A stretch of 64,000 nt of DNA from an uncultured cyanobacterium (GTDB lineage: Bacteria; Cyanobacteriota; Cyanobacteriia; Cyanobacteriales; CAWCAG01): the NCBI GenBank assembly GCA_963803805.1, contig CAWDOD010000011.1, forward strand, positions 416,001 to 480,000. Reading direction: 5' to 3'. The first letter of the stretch is position 1, and each line of letters begins with the position of its first letter. The position numbers and the translations under genes were made by a program. Of this stretch, positions 1 to 9,938 are shown in pieces. The notes under the pieces are model-generated. The model worked only from the letters and a program-made list of their open reading frames with translations, did no database searches and was not told the DNA's origin.

Positions 1-132
1 AATCAGTGAGTCAACAATAATATTCTCAAGTAGGAGCAAGCTATTAACTCCTTATTCCAAGGTATGATGGCAGGAGTTTTCTGCTTTTTTCCTTCTATTA
101 CCCCTACTTCACTTACCTTTTTTAGATAACTT

Positions 133-1731
133 GTGTCTGTCAAGAAAAAAACCTCTCGTTCCTTAGCTGGTATTGCCGGCATTGTCGCCGTTGCCACCTT
201 GATTAGTAAAGTTTTCGGTTTAATACGCGAACAAGCGATCGCAGCCGCATTTGGAGTTGGGCCAGTTGCTAATGCTTATGTTTATGCCTATGTGATTCCC
301 GGATTCTTACTGATTCTTTTGGGAGGAATTAATGGCCCTTTCCATAGTGCTTTGGTTAGTGTCCTGGCTAAGCGAGACAAATCAGAAGCTGCACCTTTAG
401 TAGAAGCAGTGACAACTTTGGTTAGTGCATTTCTTTTAGTTATTACCGTTGTGCTGATTGTCTTTGCTGGAACTTTTATTGATCTCCTGGCCCCCGGTTT
501 GGAAGCAGAAGTACGGGCGATCGCAGTTCAGCAGTTACAAATCATGGCCCCTCTGGCACTTTTAGCAGGGTTGATTGGTATTGGTTTTGGTACTCTCAAC
601 GCTGCTGATCAATATTGGCTACCTAGTGTCAGTCCGTTGTTTTCTAGCCTAGCGATTATGTTTGGCTTGGGGGTATTAGCCTTTCAATTAGGGGAGCAAA
701 TCTCCGCCCCTGAATATGCCACTTTTGGAGGCTTAATCCTAGCGGGAGGAACTTTAGCTGGGGCGATTTTACAATGGTTAGCGCAACTATTTGCTCAAAT
801 GCGTTCAGGTTTGGGAGGATTGCGACTACGTTTTGATCTGCGTATTCCGGGGTTAAAAGAGGTGATGAAGGTGATGTTGCCAGCAACCCTTTCTTCTGGG
901 ATGTTACACATCAACGTTTATACAGACTTCTTCTTCGCCTCCTACATTCCTAGTGCTGCGGCAGCCATGAAGTTTGGCAACCTCATTGTCTTAACTCCTT
1001 TAGGAATCATCTCCAACATGATTTTGGTTCCGATGTTACCTGTATTTTCGCGCCTGACTTCCCCAGAGCAATGGCCAGATTTAAAGATACGCATTCGTCA
1101 AGGTTTACTCCTCACAGCCCTAACAATGCTACCTTTAAGCGCCATTTTCATCTCTTTAGGTATTCCTATTGTTCGCATTGTTTATGAACGTTTTGCTTTT
1201 GATCAAGAAGCATCCTTAATTGTCGCCCCTGTCTTAATGACTTATGGGGCAGGAATGTTTTTCTATTTAGGAAGGGATGTTTTGGTGAGAGTATTTTATG
1301 CTTTGGGAGATGGGGAAACTCCTTTTCGGATTAGTATTTTTAACATTTTCCTCAACGGACTTTTAGACTTTCTGTTGGTTAAAGCCTTCGCTACCCCAGG
1401 TTTGATTATGTCTACTATCGGGGTTAATGTTGTTTCTATGATCCTGCTTTTATGGGCATTAAACCGCAAAATCAACGGCTTACCTTTTGCTGAATGGGGT
1501 TTAGCTTTATTCAATATAACCTTGTGTAGCGCCACAGCAGGTTTAGCAAGTTGGGGAACTAGTTGGGGTTTCCAAAAGATTTTTGGCAACGATAATTTAC
1601 TACTGTTAATCGGACAATTCCTTTCTGGGGCAACAGTAGCTTTATTGGTTTTTGCAGTTTTAGTTACTTTTTTGAAGTTGCCAGAAGTGGATATTTTAGT
1701 CAGGAGAATAAAGCAGAAAATAGGGAGATGA
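133..1731 (+). CDS. murJ: Lipid II flippase MurJ (MviN)
   Basis: 532-aa polytopic membrane protein; N-terminal ATLISKVFGLIREQAIAAAFGVG, GGINGPFHSALV and RVFYALGDGETPF are typical of cyanobacterial MurJ. Confidence 0.93.
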   Translation: MSVKKKTSRSLAGIAGIVAVATLISKVFGLIREQAIAAAFGVGPVANAYVYAYVIPGFLLILLGGINGPFHSALVSVLAKRDKSEAAPLVEAVTTLVSAFLLVITVVLIVFAGTFIDLLAPGLEAEVRAIAVQQLQIMAPLALLAGLIGIGFGTLNAADQYWLPSVSPLFSSLAIMFGLGVLAFQLGEQISAPEYATFGGLILAGGTLAGAILQWLAQLFAQMRSGLGGLRLRFDLRIPGLKEVMKVMLPATLSSGMLHINVYTDFFFASYIPSAAAAMKFGNLIVLTPLGIISNMILVPMLPVFSRLTSPEQWPDLKIRIRQGLLLTALTMLPLSAIFISLGIPIVRIVYERFAFDQEASLIVAPVLMTYGAGMFFYLGRDVLVRVFYALGDGETPFRISIFNIFLNGLLDFLLVKAFATPGLIMSTIGVNVVSMILLLWALNRKINGLPFAEWGLALFNITLCSATAGLASWGTSWGFQKIFGNDNLLLLIGQFLSGATVALLVFAVLVTFLKLPEVDILVRRIKQKIGR

Positions 1732-1754
1732 TTGGGGTGTAAGCCCGAAGAAAA

Positions 1755-2588
1755 TCATCGAGAAGTAACTAAATTAATTATCGTCACCTCTGGAGGACAG
1801 AATAAGCGTCCTGGGGCGTAGCTGCCTAAACCACGATTAACATAGAGTTGGTTGTTGCCTAATTTATGGAATCCTTGACTCCATTGCCAGTTTTTAAAAA
1901 CACGGGAACAGTTTTTAAAATAGGGTATATAATGCCTTATTACTGATGGTAAACTTTGTCCCCGTTCTGTTATGAAACGAGGAAAAGGGCCAATTCCAGG
2001 AATAACTATTTGCCCTCCGTGAGTATGTCCAGAAAGTTGTAAATCTACACGCCATTTTTGTAAAGCTTTTGCGGAATCTGGGTTGTGGGATAAAATCAGC
2101 CGTGGGGTTTGGGGATTTAATTGCTCCATTACCGGTTCTGGCTTAAATTCGGGCGACCAAAAATCAGCTAATCCCACTATTGGTAATTCTTGACCCAAAG
2201 GATAGGCAATTTCATTCCATAAAACTGTAACACCAATGCCAATTAAACTTTCTCTAATTAACTTTCTAGATAGGGGCCAATAGTTATCATGGTTACCTAA
2301 GCAAGCATATATTCCTAAACGACTTTGTAATTGTTTGAGATGCAATACTAAGTCGTGAATGGGAGTAGGATCATCAGTGACATAATCCCCTGTCAATAAG
2401 ATAAGATCGGGCTTTTCTGCGTTAGTTGTGGTGATAGCTTGGGTTAGTAACTTTTCTGAAAGCCGCCAACCATCATAGTGAAAATCTGATAGTTGAACTA
2501 ATTTTGTCCCTGATAATTGAGGAGGTAAATCGGCGATCGCCACACTTATTCTTTCTATACTTAAAGGTTCAGTTTTAATGAATTGCAC
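1755..2588 (-). CDS. Calcineurin-like metallophosphoesterase (YkuE/YaeI type)
   Basis: Motifs DFH, GDYV, GNHD, LSHNPD, SGHTHGGQ. Confidence 0.9.
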   Translation of the reverse strand: MQFIKTEPLSIERISVAIADLPPQLSGTKLVQLSDFHYDGWRLSEKLLTQAITTTNAEKPDLILLTGDYVTDDPTPIHDLVLHLKQLQSRLGIYACLGNHDNYWPLSRKLIRESLIGIGVTVLWNEIAYPLGQELPIVGLADFWSPEFKPEPVMEQLNPQTPRLILSHNPDSAKALQKWRVDLQLSGHTHGGQIVIPGIGPFPRFITERGQSLPSVIRHYIPYFKNCSRVFKNWQWSQGFHKLGNNQLYVNRGLGSYAPGRLFCPPEVTIINLVTSR

Positions 2589-2606
2589 AGGATAATTACC
2601 TTTTAT

Positions 2607-3998
2607 CTATTCACCTAGTTGTTTCGTAATCTCCCCACCTAAAACTTCCCAATCAACTTCTATTTGCTTTCCTGTCTTCAAATTCTTTAAACCGCATTTT
2701 TGCGCCGCCGCTTCCTCAGAACCAATAATTACACAAAAAGGTATACCTCGCTTATCCGCTTGTTGTAGCTGTTTACCAACCCCACGCTTCTCAAAACTAG
2801 TAACTACATTTAATCCTTCCTGGCGCAACTTTTGAGATACTTTCAGGTACAAAGGCATCAAATCTTCTTGCATATTAATAACCATTACTTGGGTAGGAGT
2901 AGCAGCTAAAGGTTCCATAATCTCAGCTTTAAGTAAACGACTCATTAAGCGAGTTAAACCAATAGAAATGCCTACTCCAGGCATCTTTTCACCCACAAAC
3001 ATTCCTACTAATTCTTCATACCTCCCCCCAGAACAAATACTGCCTAATTCTTCATTGCCAACTAAACTTGTTTCATAAACTGTACCTGTATAGTAGTTTA
3101 GTCCCCTGGCGATGGCTAAATCGAGGCAAAAGTACTTTTCTGCTACTCCCAAGTTACGGACGTTGGTAATTACTGTTTCTAATTCAGTAATACCTATTTT
3201 AAGTACCTCAGAATTATGGTTATTTTGAGCAATATTTCTTAGTTTAGCTAAAACTTCATCAACGCTACCTTTCACTTGAGTAAAAGCTAAAACCTGCTCT
3301 ACTTGTTCTTTATTTAAACCTTCTTCTTGTAGAGCTTTTTTTACTTTCGTTTGTCCAATCTTCTCTGCTGCGTCAATAATCCGAATACAAGCAACAATTT
3401 TTTCTTGGGCAACTTTAATTGCTTGAAAGAAACCAGTCAAAACTTTGCGATTATTGATCCGAATTAAAAAATCTCCAATATCAATAGCTGTAAAAATTTC
3501 AGCAATGATAGCAGGAATTTGAGCATCGTAAAGTAAACTTAGTTTGTTCCTCCCTACCACATCAATGTCGCACTGACGGAATTGACGATAGCGTCCATCT
3601 TTAGCCCTTTCCCCCCGAAATACCATATCCATTTGATAACGGGCAAAAGGAAAGTTTAATTCATTAAGGTGGCGAGCGATATAGGCAGCTAAAGGAACAG
3701 TTTGATCAAATTTCAAAGCCCGTTCTTCAGAACTAGAATTTCCGGCTTGTTCTTGCTCTGCTTGGCGTAAAGGAGGCAAAATAGGATTCAAACCATAGAT
3801 AATATTATCCCCTTGATTTCCTTTGGCTTGGAGTACTTCAAGGCGTTCCACAGCAGGGGTTTCAATGGGAGTAAAGCCATAGCGCTCAAAAACTTGGCGA
3901 ATGGTATCTAATAAATAAAGCTCTAGGCGCTTTTCCTCTGGAAGAAATTCCGGAAAACCGCTAGGACAAGAGTAATTGATTCTATCAGCCTTTGCCAT
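2607..3998 (-). CDS. hisS: Histidine--tRNA ligase
   Basis: Class II motif 2 FRGERAKDGRYRQFRQCDIDVVG, ARGLNYYTG, SGGRY and a C-terminal anticodon-binding domain. Confidence 0.95.
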   Translation of the reverse strand: MAKADRINYSCPSGFPEFLPEEKRLELYLLDTIRQVFERYGFTPIETPAVERLEVLQAKGNQGDNIIYGLNPILPPLRQAEQEQAGNSSSEERALKFDQTVPLAAYIARHLNELNFPFARYQMDMVFRGERAKDGRYRQFRQCDIDVVGRNKLSLLYDAQIPAIIAEIFTAIDIGDFLIRINNRKVLTGFFQAIKVAQEKIVACIRIIDAAEKIGQTKVKKALQEEGLNKEQVEQVLAFTQVKGSVDEVLAKLRNIAQNNHNSEVLKIGITELETVITNVRNLGVAEKYFCLDLAIARGLNYYTGTVYETSLVGNEELGSICSGGRYEELVGMFVGEKMPGVGISIGLTRLMSRLLKAEIMEPLAATPTQVMVINMQEDLMPLYLKVSQKLRQEGLNVVTSFEKRGVGKQLQQADKRGIPFCVIIGSEEAAAQKCGLKNLKTGKQIEVDWEVLGGEITKQLGE

Positions 3999-4110
3999 TT
4001 TTTTTGAGTAATCAGAAACTTGTGGGCATTAAAAAGTAATAAGTAAAGAATATACTACTACTAAAAAACTCGTTCCCTATTAAAAATTAGCCATTAGCTA
4101 TTAGCAAAGT

Positions 4111-5067
4111 CTATTTCTTCCTACCAAATAAGCCTCCAAATCTTCCTCCAGATTTATTATCTCCTGAAGTGGTTTTAGAACTATTTCCCGTTTGTTTGCC
4201 ACCAGTTTGTCCCCCGCTCATTTTATCTAATAGTTGCTTTCCTTTAATCGCATTAGGATCTTGAGGATTTACTTTTAAGGCTTTGTTAATATAAACTTTA
4301 GCCATTCCCATTTGCTTTTGTTGTAAGTAAATCAACCCCAATAAGCTATTACAAGGAGCATCATTAGGTTCTAGTTTTAAGCCATCCCGCAACTCTAAGA
4401 CAGCTTTGCTGAAATTCTTCTTGCTTATATATTCTTGAGCGCGGCGCACATAAGGCTCTGATCTTGAAGCTGGCGGTTTTCTTTCTGCTCCTTTGCCAGG
4501 AGGTTTGCCCCGTCCCACAGAAGGTTTCTTATCCCCTACTGTTGAACCTGTAGCTGTAGTTCCTCCTCCTGCTCTAACGCCTTTACCCTGCTTCTTCATC
4601 AAGTAAACCATGTTCAGTTCACTAATTTGAGCAATCTTATTGGAAATTTCTCCTAGAGTTTGGTATTGCTCTTTTGCTAGGGTTTGTAGCTGTTGCTTGT
4701 AAACACTATCTAAGGTGCTACTACCAGCTTTAGAAAGTTCTTTTGCTCCTTCGCTAGACAAAGATACTTTGCCTCCCTCTGTAGCTAGCCTTTGCCCCAT
4801 TTGAGAAAGAACTAATTGGTATTCTGCACGAGAATCGTCTTTAGATAATTTTTCGTAGGCCGGATTAACCAACTTTGATAACAATTCGTTAGCTTGCTTT
4901 TTCTCTGCTTCATTCTCAGCTTTGCAGCTATCAGGGTGCAAATTCCGAGCTACTCTTAGATATCTTTTACGTACTTGCTTAGCATCTGCGGTAAGAGGTA
5001 ATCCCAAAACAGCATGATAGTCGGTAAGATCGTATTTAAAAAGTCCTTGCTCAATTTTGAAAGACAT
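4111..5067 (-). CDS. J-domain protein with C-terminal TPR
   Basis: N-terminal J domain with HPD (RNLHPDS); TPR-like helices near the C-terminus. Confidence 0.85.
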   Translation of the reverse strand: MSFKIEQGLFKYDLTDYHAVLGLPLTADAKQVRKRYLRVARNLHPDSCKAENEAEKKQANELLSKLVNPAYEKLSKDDSRAEYQLVLSQMGQRLATEGGKVSLSSEGAKELSKAGSSTLDSVYKQQLQTLAKEQYQTLGEISNKIAQISELNMVYLMKKQGKGVRAGGGTTATGSTVGDKKPSVGRGKPPGKGAERKPPASRSEPYVRRAQEYISKKNFSKAVLELRDGLKLEPNDAPCNSLLGLIYLQQKQMGMAKVYINKALKVNPQDPNAIKGKQLLDKMSGGQTGGKQTGNSSKTTSGDNKSGGRFGGLFGRKK

Positions 5068-5343
5068 AAATTTCTACACTATCTCCTTGCTGAAATAATT
5101 TCTCAATTTTTGTGGTAGCTCAATGGCTAGCCTTGTAAGCTGTAGTAGCCTTCAAGAAAGTTTCTTAATATAAAATAATAGCTAATTTAATATGCTCCCT
5201 TGTATTTGGATACACCTTTTTCTTAGGATACCTATTTTAGTTAAGAAAATCCTCTCCTAGGCAGAATCTACATGAGTTCTTTATTAAGGCTTCACTCTTA
5301 ACTTTAAAAATGGAAATTCCCTCGTTAGTTTAACCAATAAATG

Positions 5344-6180
5344 CTAATTCTTGTGATTTTCCCAGTCCGAGAGAGGAGGCGTTTCCTGCAAAGCTTTGCT
5401 AAGTTGGTTATGGAGGATGCTATTGGTTGCTAAAATCCGACCGGAGTTCAGTTCTAAAGGGCTGCCATCGTAAGCCGTAACTTTCCCTCCTGCTTCTTGC
5501 ACTAAAACTATACCCGCAGCAACATCCCAAAGTTTGATACCTCTTTCCCAATAACCATCAAGACGACCACAAGCAACATCGCATAAATCAAGGGCAGCAG
5601 AGCCGCTACGCCTTACTCCTTGTGTTAAATGAGTTAAGTAGCAGAACTCCGCATAATTATTATCTGCTGTTTCTGTGCGATCATAAGCAAAACCACTTAC
5701 TAGTAAACTCTGTCTTAACTCAGAGACACTAGAGATTTGAATCGGGCGATAATTGCAACTAGCACCCAATCCTGTGGCAGCGCGAAAAAGTTCTTTACGA
5801 AAAGGATTATAAATAGCGCCAACTTGAGGCACTCCTTCAATTAGTAGCCCTACAGAAACACAAGAAATAGGATACTGGTGGGCATAATTAGTTGTGCCAT
5901 CTAAGGGATCTACTGCCCAAAGATACTTACTCTTTTTGGTATTAATCTCCCCCGACTCTTCCGTTAAAATGGGATTATCTGGGGTGCGATCGCGCAATAC
6001 TTTTAAAATAGCTACTTCTGCTGCTTTATCTGCTTCGGTAACTAAATCTCCGGAACGACCTTTTTCTTCAATGGATTTAAGGTTGCCCCAATAATCTTCT
6101 AGAATCGCCCCAGCAGCGTGTACTGCTTCTGTGGCAATATCGAGGAGAGTGGCTAATTCTTGGGTAGATGCTTGGGACAT
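5344..6180 (-). CDS. suhB: Inositol monophosphatase family protein
   Basis: DLVTEAD, WAVDPLDGTTNY, RRSGSAALDLC, WDVAAG. Confidence 0.88.
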   Translation of the reverse strand: MSQASTQELATLLDIATEAVHAAGAILEDYWGNLKSIEEKGRSGDLVTEADKAAEVAILKVLRDRTPDNPILTEESGEINTKKSKYLWAVDPLDGTTNYAHQYPISCVSVGLLIEGVPQVGAIYNPFRKELFRAATGLGASCNYRPIQISSVSELRQSLLVSGFAYDRTETADNNYAEFCYLTHLTQGVRRSGSAALDLCDVACGRLDGYWERGIKLWDVAAGIVLVQEAGGKVTAYDGSPLELNSGRILATNSILHNQLSKALQETPPLSDWENHKN

Positions 6181-6314
6181 AGTAAAAAATTATTAGTTAT
6201 TAATTAAAGGATTAGAGATGTTTTTGATATTAGGCGATCGCCGTCTTTTCTCAATCAATTTCGCCAGATTCTTCTGTACTGTAGTATATTTACTCATACT
6301 CTACCGCTCTCATT

Positions 6315-6953
6315 ATGATTCAAACTATTACCAAACCCCTAACCTTTGCAGAATTTTTAGTGTGGGATGATGGCTCAGGGCAGGATTTTGAACTAATTGC
6401 GGGGGTTGCTGTGCCGATTGCTGAACCGAATGCTAACCATGAAGATGTTGCGGACACTCTTTGTGCTTCTTTGTTAGCAAACTGCACAGAACATAACTTA
6501 CCTTATATTCCCAAGCGCTCCAAGCAAGTTAGATTAAATACCCAGCTAGGAGAAAGAGAAAGAAGTCGCAAACCTGATATTGTGATCTTTGCTGCGGAAG
6601 AATGGCAGAGAATGAAAACCAGTTCTATTCCTGCTGCTGCTTATGTTCCACCCCCAATGGTAGTAGAGGTTGTGAGTGGTAATTGGCGAGATGATTATTT
6701 GACAAAGTTAGCTGAGTATGAATCTTTAGGTATCCCAGAATATTGGATTGTTGACTATGCTGGGTTAGGGGCGATTCGTTATATTGGTTCCCCTAAACAA
6801 CCTACCTTAAGTATTTACCAGTTAGTTGAAGGTGAGTATCAACTTAAGCAGTTTAGAGGAGAAGAGCAAGTTGAATCAGGGCTGTTTCCTCAACTTAACC
6901 TTTCAGCAGAGCAAATCTTTGCCCCAGGGCTTTTAAACAACACAGATATTTAA
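6315..6953 (+). CDS. Uma2 family (DUF820) endonuclease-like protein
   Basis: RKPDIV, VVEVVS, DYLTKLAEYESLGIPEYWIVD. Confidence 0.9.
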   Translation: MIQTITKPLTFAEFLVWDDGSGQDFELIAGVAVPIAEPNANHEDVADTLCASLLANCTEHNLPYIPKRSKQVRLNTQLGERERSRKPDIVIFAAEEWQRMKTSSIPAAAYVPPPMVVEVVSGNWRDDYLTKLAEYESLGIPEYWIVDYAGLGAIRYIGSPKQPTLSIYQLVEGEYQLKQFRGEEQVESGLFPQLNLSAEQIFAPGLLNNTDI

Positions 6954-6959
6954 CTTTAA

Positions 6960-7538
6960 CTATCCCCAAATATTTGGTAAATCTAAAACAAAACCGGGTA
7001 AGATATCTTCTCCTGATAAACTAGTCGGATTATCTAAAACCTCTTTAGTTTCTCCTTGACGATAAATTTCAACTTGGCGAGTTTGAGGATTAATCAACCA
7101 ACCTAACTTCACCCCATTGCTCAGATACTCCTCCATCTTTTTCCGAGTACCAGTTAAAGTATCGCTAGGGGACATTAACTCTAAAACGAAATCTGGGGCA
7201 ATGGGAGGAAACTTCTCTTTTTCTTGAGCAGTTAAAGCTTCCCATCTTGACTTTTCAATCCAAGAAACATCAGGGGAACGGTTTGCACCATTGGGTAAAC
7301 GGAAACAAGTAGAAGAATCAAAACAAACTCCTAACTTGGTTTGACGATTCCAAAATACAAAGTCTCCAGCTATTTCTATATTACGCTTGCCAGTTTCTCC
7401 ACCTGTCGGGGGCGTAATAACAATCTCTCCGTTAACGTTGCGTTCAAACTTAATATCAGGATTGGCACGGCAGAGATTATAAAACTTTTCGTCATCAATT
7501 TGACTAATAGGAGCAAAATTGATCGTGTAAGCAGTCAT
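6960..7538 (-). CDS. Uma2 family (DUF820) endonuclease-like protein
   Basis: RSPDVSW, PDFVLELMSPSD, KMEEYLSNGVKLGWLINP; start placed at ATG 7538 (MTAYTINF) rather than the longer ORF-track start. Confidence 0.9.
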   Translation of the reverse strand: MTAYTINFAPISQIDDEKFYNLCRANPDIKFERNVNGEIVITPPTGGETGKRNIEIAGDFVFWNRQTKLGVCFDSSTCFRLPNGANRSPDVSWIEKSRWEALTAQEKEKFPPIAPDFVLELMSPSDTLTGTRKKMEEYLSNGVKLGWLINPQTRQVEIYRQGETKEVLDNPTSLSGEDILPGFVLDLPNIWG

Positions 7539-7635
7539 TGTATGTAAATAAAGAGTTTGTTTAAGTTTGATTTTACTGCTATTTCCTAATGCCCCCGTCA
7601 ATCTCAACAGATAAATTAAATGCTTGAGAGCTTGT

Positions 7636-7662
7636 TTAGGGCGCGTATGTCTGCGCCCCGAC
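7636..7662. repeat. REP-like hairpin
   Basis: AGGGCGCG-tatgtc-TGCGCCCC imperfect inverted repeat just downstream of the pilin-like gene. Confidence 0.45.
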
Positions 7663-7669
7663 AAAATCC

Positions 7670-8353
7670 CTAACCACCTCTAAGGGAAGTAGAACCTTCA
7701 GGGCATTCAACTTGACCATCTTCCCCTGGTGCTTTTGGCATAGCGGGGGGTTGATCAGAAGGCTCGTCAGTTTCACAAATTCCCGGTACAGGAGCGCTTT
7801 CTCCATTAACTTCAATAACAAAAATTGCTCCGGTGTAACTTTTTAAAGCCTCATCTTTCGCTTTAGCTGTTACCATCACGCTTTTATCATCTTGAGAATC
7901 GATCTTATACTGGAAATTATCTGTTTCCGATTCAATTTGTAAACCTAACTCCTCGAAGCTATTACCGAACTTATTATTCTGTAAATAATAAGCTTGTTGA
8001 GCCTGTAATAACGAAGCCACGATAGTTCTACCTTCGTTTTGTTTAGCTTGTTCTTCCAGGTTGATAACTTCTGTCCCTTCAGGCAAATCTGTCTCCTCAG
8101 AAACCTTTTCTAAAGGAATTTCATAAGCCAGAGATTCCCCTTCAGGTATTTGTCCTTCGGGGGGGATGACAAATACTTTTCCTTCTGGAGAGAGAATAAT
8201 TTTAATCTCTTCTTTGGTGGTTGGTTCTGTAAATGTCCAAGTACCCTGCCATTCTTTACCAGACTGACAGCCAGCAATGCTCAAAATACTCACTGCTAAA
8301 CCGAAAAAGATTGAGGTACGCGATAAAGATAAAGACCGCAAAAAATTAGACAA
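7670..8353 (-). CDS. Lipoprotein with type IV pilin-like G/H domain
   Basis: Lipobox-like SIAGC; C-terminal EGRTIVASLLQAQQAYYLQNNKF...LKSYTGAIF...ICETD matches the cyanobacterial pilin G/H domain. Confidence 0.75.
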   Translation of the reverse strand: MSNFLRSLSLSRTSIFFGLAVSILSIAGCQSGKEWQGTWTFTEPTTKEEIKIILSPEGKVFVIPPEGQIPEGESLAYEIPLEKVSEETDLPEGTEVINLEEQAKQNEGRTIVASLLQAQQAYYLQNNKFGNSFEELGLQIESETDNFQYKIDSQDDKSVMVTAKAKDEALKSYTGAIFVIEVNGESAPVPGICETDEPSDQPPAMPKAPGEDGQVECPEGSTSLRGG

Positions 8354-8361
8354 GGTTTTAT

Positions 8362-8655
8362 TTAAGTTTTAAGTTTACATCTAGAAGGATAATAGATTTG
8401 ACGCATTTTGCTGTGATTGAGTTGCGAGTAAACCTTTTTAGAAGCAATTAAGGGTTTGAGACATTGAAGGGCCATTGATATTGGTCTGTTCAAGATTTGG
8501 CAGATTTCTTGTAAGCTTATTCCTTGAGGATGAGATTGAATCAAAGCTTCAATTTTTTCTGTGGTTGTTGGGCCAGGAGTAGGGCTGATAATACGAATAA
8601 AGGTCAAGGTTTTCGGCTTAGAGTGATTGTTTGTGGAACTGTTGCTGCGTTGCAC
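8362..8655 (-). CDS. Small hypothetical protein, possible winged helix
   Basis: GISLQEICQILNRPISMALQCLKPL resembles an HTH; GTG start uncertain. Confidence 0.5.
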   Translation of the reverse strand: MQRSNSSTNNHSKPKTLTFIRIISPTPGPTTTEKIEALIQSHPQGISLQEICQILNRPISMALQCLKPLIASKKVYSQLNHSKMRQIYYPSRCKLKT

Positions 8656-8861
8656 CCTAATCTGTAGATTTAACTTTTATAATCCTTGATGAATTGCTTA
8701 ATATTTCTATAATATTCTTCTTGATTTTCCTCTGCTCAACCGGATTTTTTGACGAAGCTGTTAAGCAAAACCAATATTTCTAATAACTTTGATAACTAAA
8801 CGCTAGAGTAGAGTTTGCAGGGTGATATTTCCCTAGTTAATCAGTTGCTTCAGAACAGATC

Positions 8862-9500
8862 ATGACTAACGCTGCTTCTACCTTCACAGGTGATTTATGG
8901 GACTGGCATTTAACTTGTCCTCAACCTAACCAAGACACTGAAATACTCAAGCAGCTATGCTTTATTCCTGGACTCAAGGAAGTTCTCATGGTACGTCAGG
9001 TTCATGCCTTAGAACATGGAACTGTTTGGGTTCTCAGTGAAGATCAAAGCCATCTTCCCCCTCGAAAGTCTCACCCAGAAGATAATGAAGCCCTGGGAGG
9101 TCTTTCTACTGAAACAGGTTTTTATTTATACGGTCAAGTTAACCTCTCTAAGCTGAAAAGAGCCGTTAGCCTAGCTCTTAAGCGTTTAAAACAAGGAGAA
9201 TGGCACTTAGCTATCCATCCTCGCTGCGGTACAAATCTTTCTGTAGCTATGGCTTTAACCGCAAGTATGGTTCTAGGAACTCATCTCCTTTTACCACGAG
9301 GTCCCATAGAACAACTTCTTGGTTTTAGCGTTGCTACCACAACGGCAGCACAACTAGCTCCGGATTTAGGAAGTCTTGTGCAAAGATATATAACTACGGC
9401 TGTCCCCTTTAATTTAGAAGTAGTAGGAATAGCTCAAACTCAAGATAGTTGGGGACGTTCAGCACATTTTATCCGTGTCAAATGGCGAGACTTGCAATAA
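8862..9500 (+). CDS. Conserved hypothetical protein (DUF6391-like)
   Basis: RQVHALEHGT, GFYLYG, LAIHPRCGTN motifs. Confidence 0.7.
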   Translation: MTNAASTFTGDLWDWHLTCPQPNQDTEILKQLCFIPGLKEVLMVRQVHALEHGTVWVLSEDQSHLPPRKSHPEDNEALGGLSTETGFYLYGQVNLSKLKRAVSLALKRLKQGEWHLAIHPRCGTNLSVAMALTASMVLGTHLLLPRGPIEQLLGFSVATTTAAQLAPDLGSLVQRYITTAVPFNLEVVGIAQTQDSWGRSAHFIRVKWRDLQ

Positions 9501-9581
9501 AACTTAAAGCTCTATGTGTACAGCGAATCCCAATAAAATAGTACGCTTTGATCTAAAAGATATATAAAAAGGAGAACACTT

Positions 9582-9935
9582 GTGGTTCAACGTGGCTCTA
9601 AAGTAAGGATTCTTCGGGAAGAATCCTATTGGTATAGAGATGTAGGAACTGTTGCTTCTGTAGATAAGAGCGGTATCAGATATCCTGTCATCGTTCGTTT
9701 TGATAAAGTTAACTACACCGGAATAACCACCAATAACTTCGCTCCTGATGAGGTAGAAGAAATTGGCGCACCTAGCGGTAAATCTAAAGCGAAAGCTAAA
9801 CAAGCGACCCCAGCACCTCAGCGTACTACGGGTGAAGGACAAACTAAGTCCAAAGAAGGTGCAGCCGCAGAAACTGCTGGTGGCGGTAGCAAGACTGTAG
9901 AAGGTGATCCTAATCAAGGAACAGAACCTCGCTAG
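9582..9935 (+). CDS. psaE: Photosystem I subunit IV PsaE with C-terminal extension
   Basis: [52 protein letters not shown] upstream. Confidence 0.95.
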   Translation: MVQRGSKVRILREESYWYRDVGTVASVDKSGIRYPVIVRFDKVNYTGITTNNFAPDEVEEIGAPSGKSKAKAKQATPAPQRTTGEGQTKSKEGAAAETAGGGSKTVEGDPNQGTEPR

Positions 9936-9938
9936 ATA

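Noticed and set aside
3-197. 64-aa minus-strand ORF and other short antisense ORFs inside long genes
   Set aside because: They overlap well-supported genes on the opposite strand and show no recognisable motifs
5201-5214. NtcA box (similar sites at ~20249 and ~29780)
   Set aside because: Spacing is GTA-N6-TAC, not the canonical GTA-N8-TAC
7539-7664. N-terminal extension of the second Uma2 gene
   Set aside because: Runs through a REP-like hairpin and intergenic DNA; family similarity begins at Met 7538
9504-9917. 137-aa minus-strand ORF
   Set aside because: Antisense shadow of psaE
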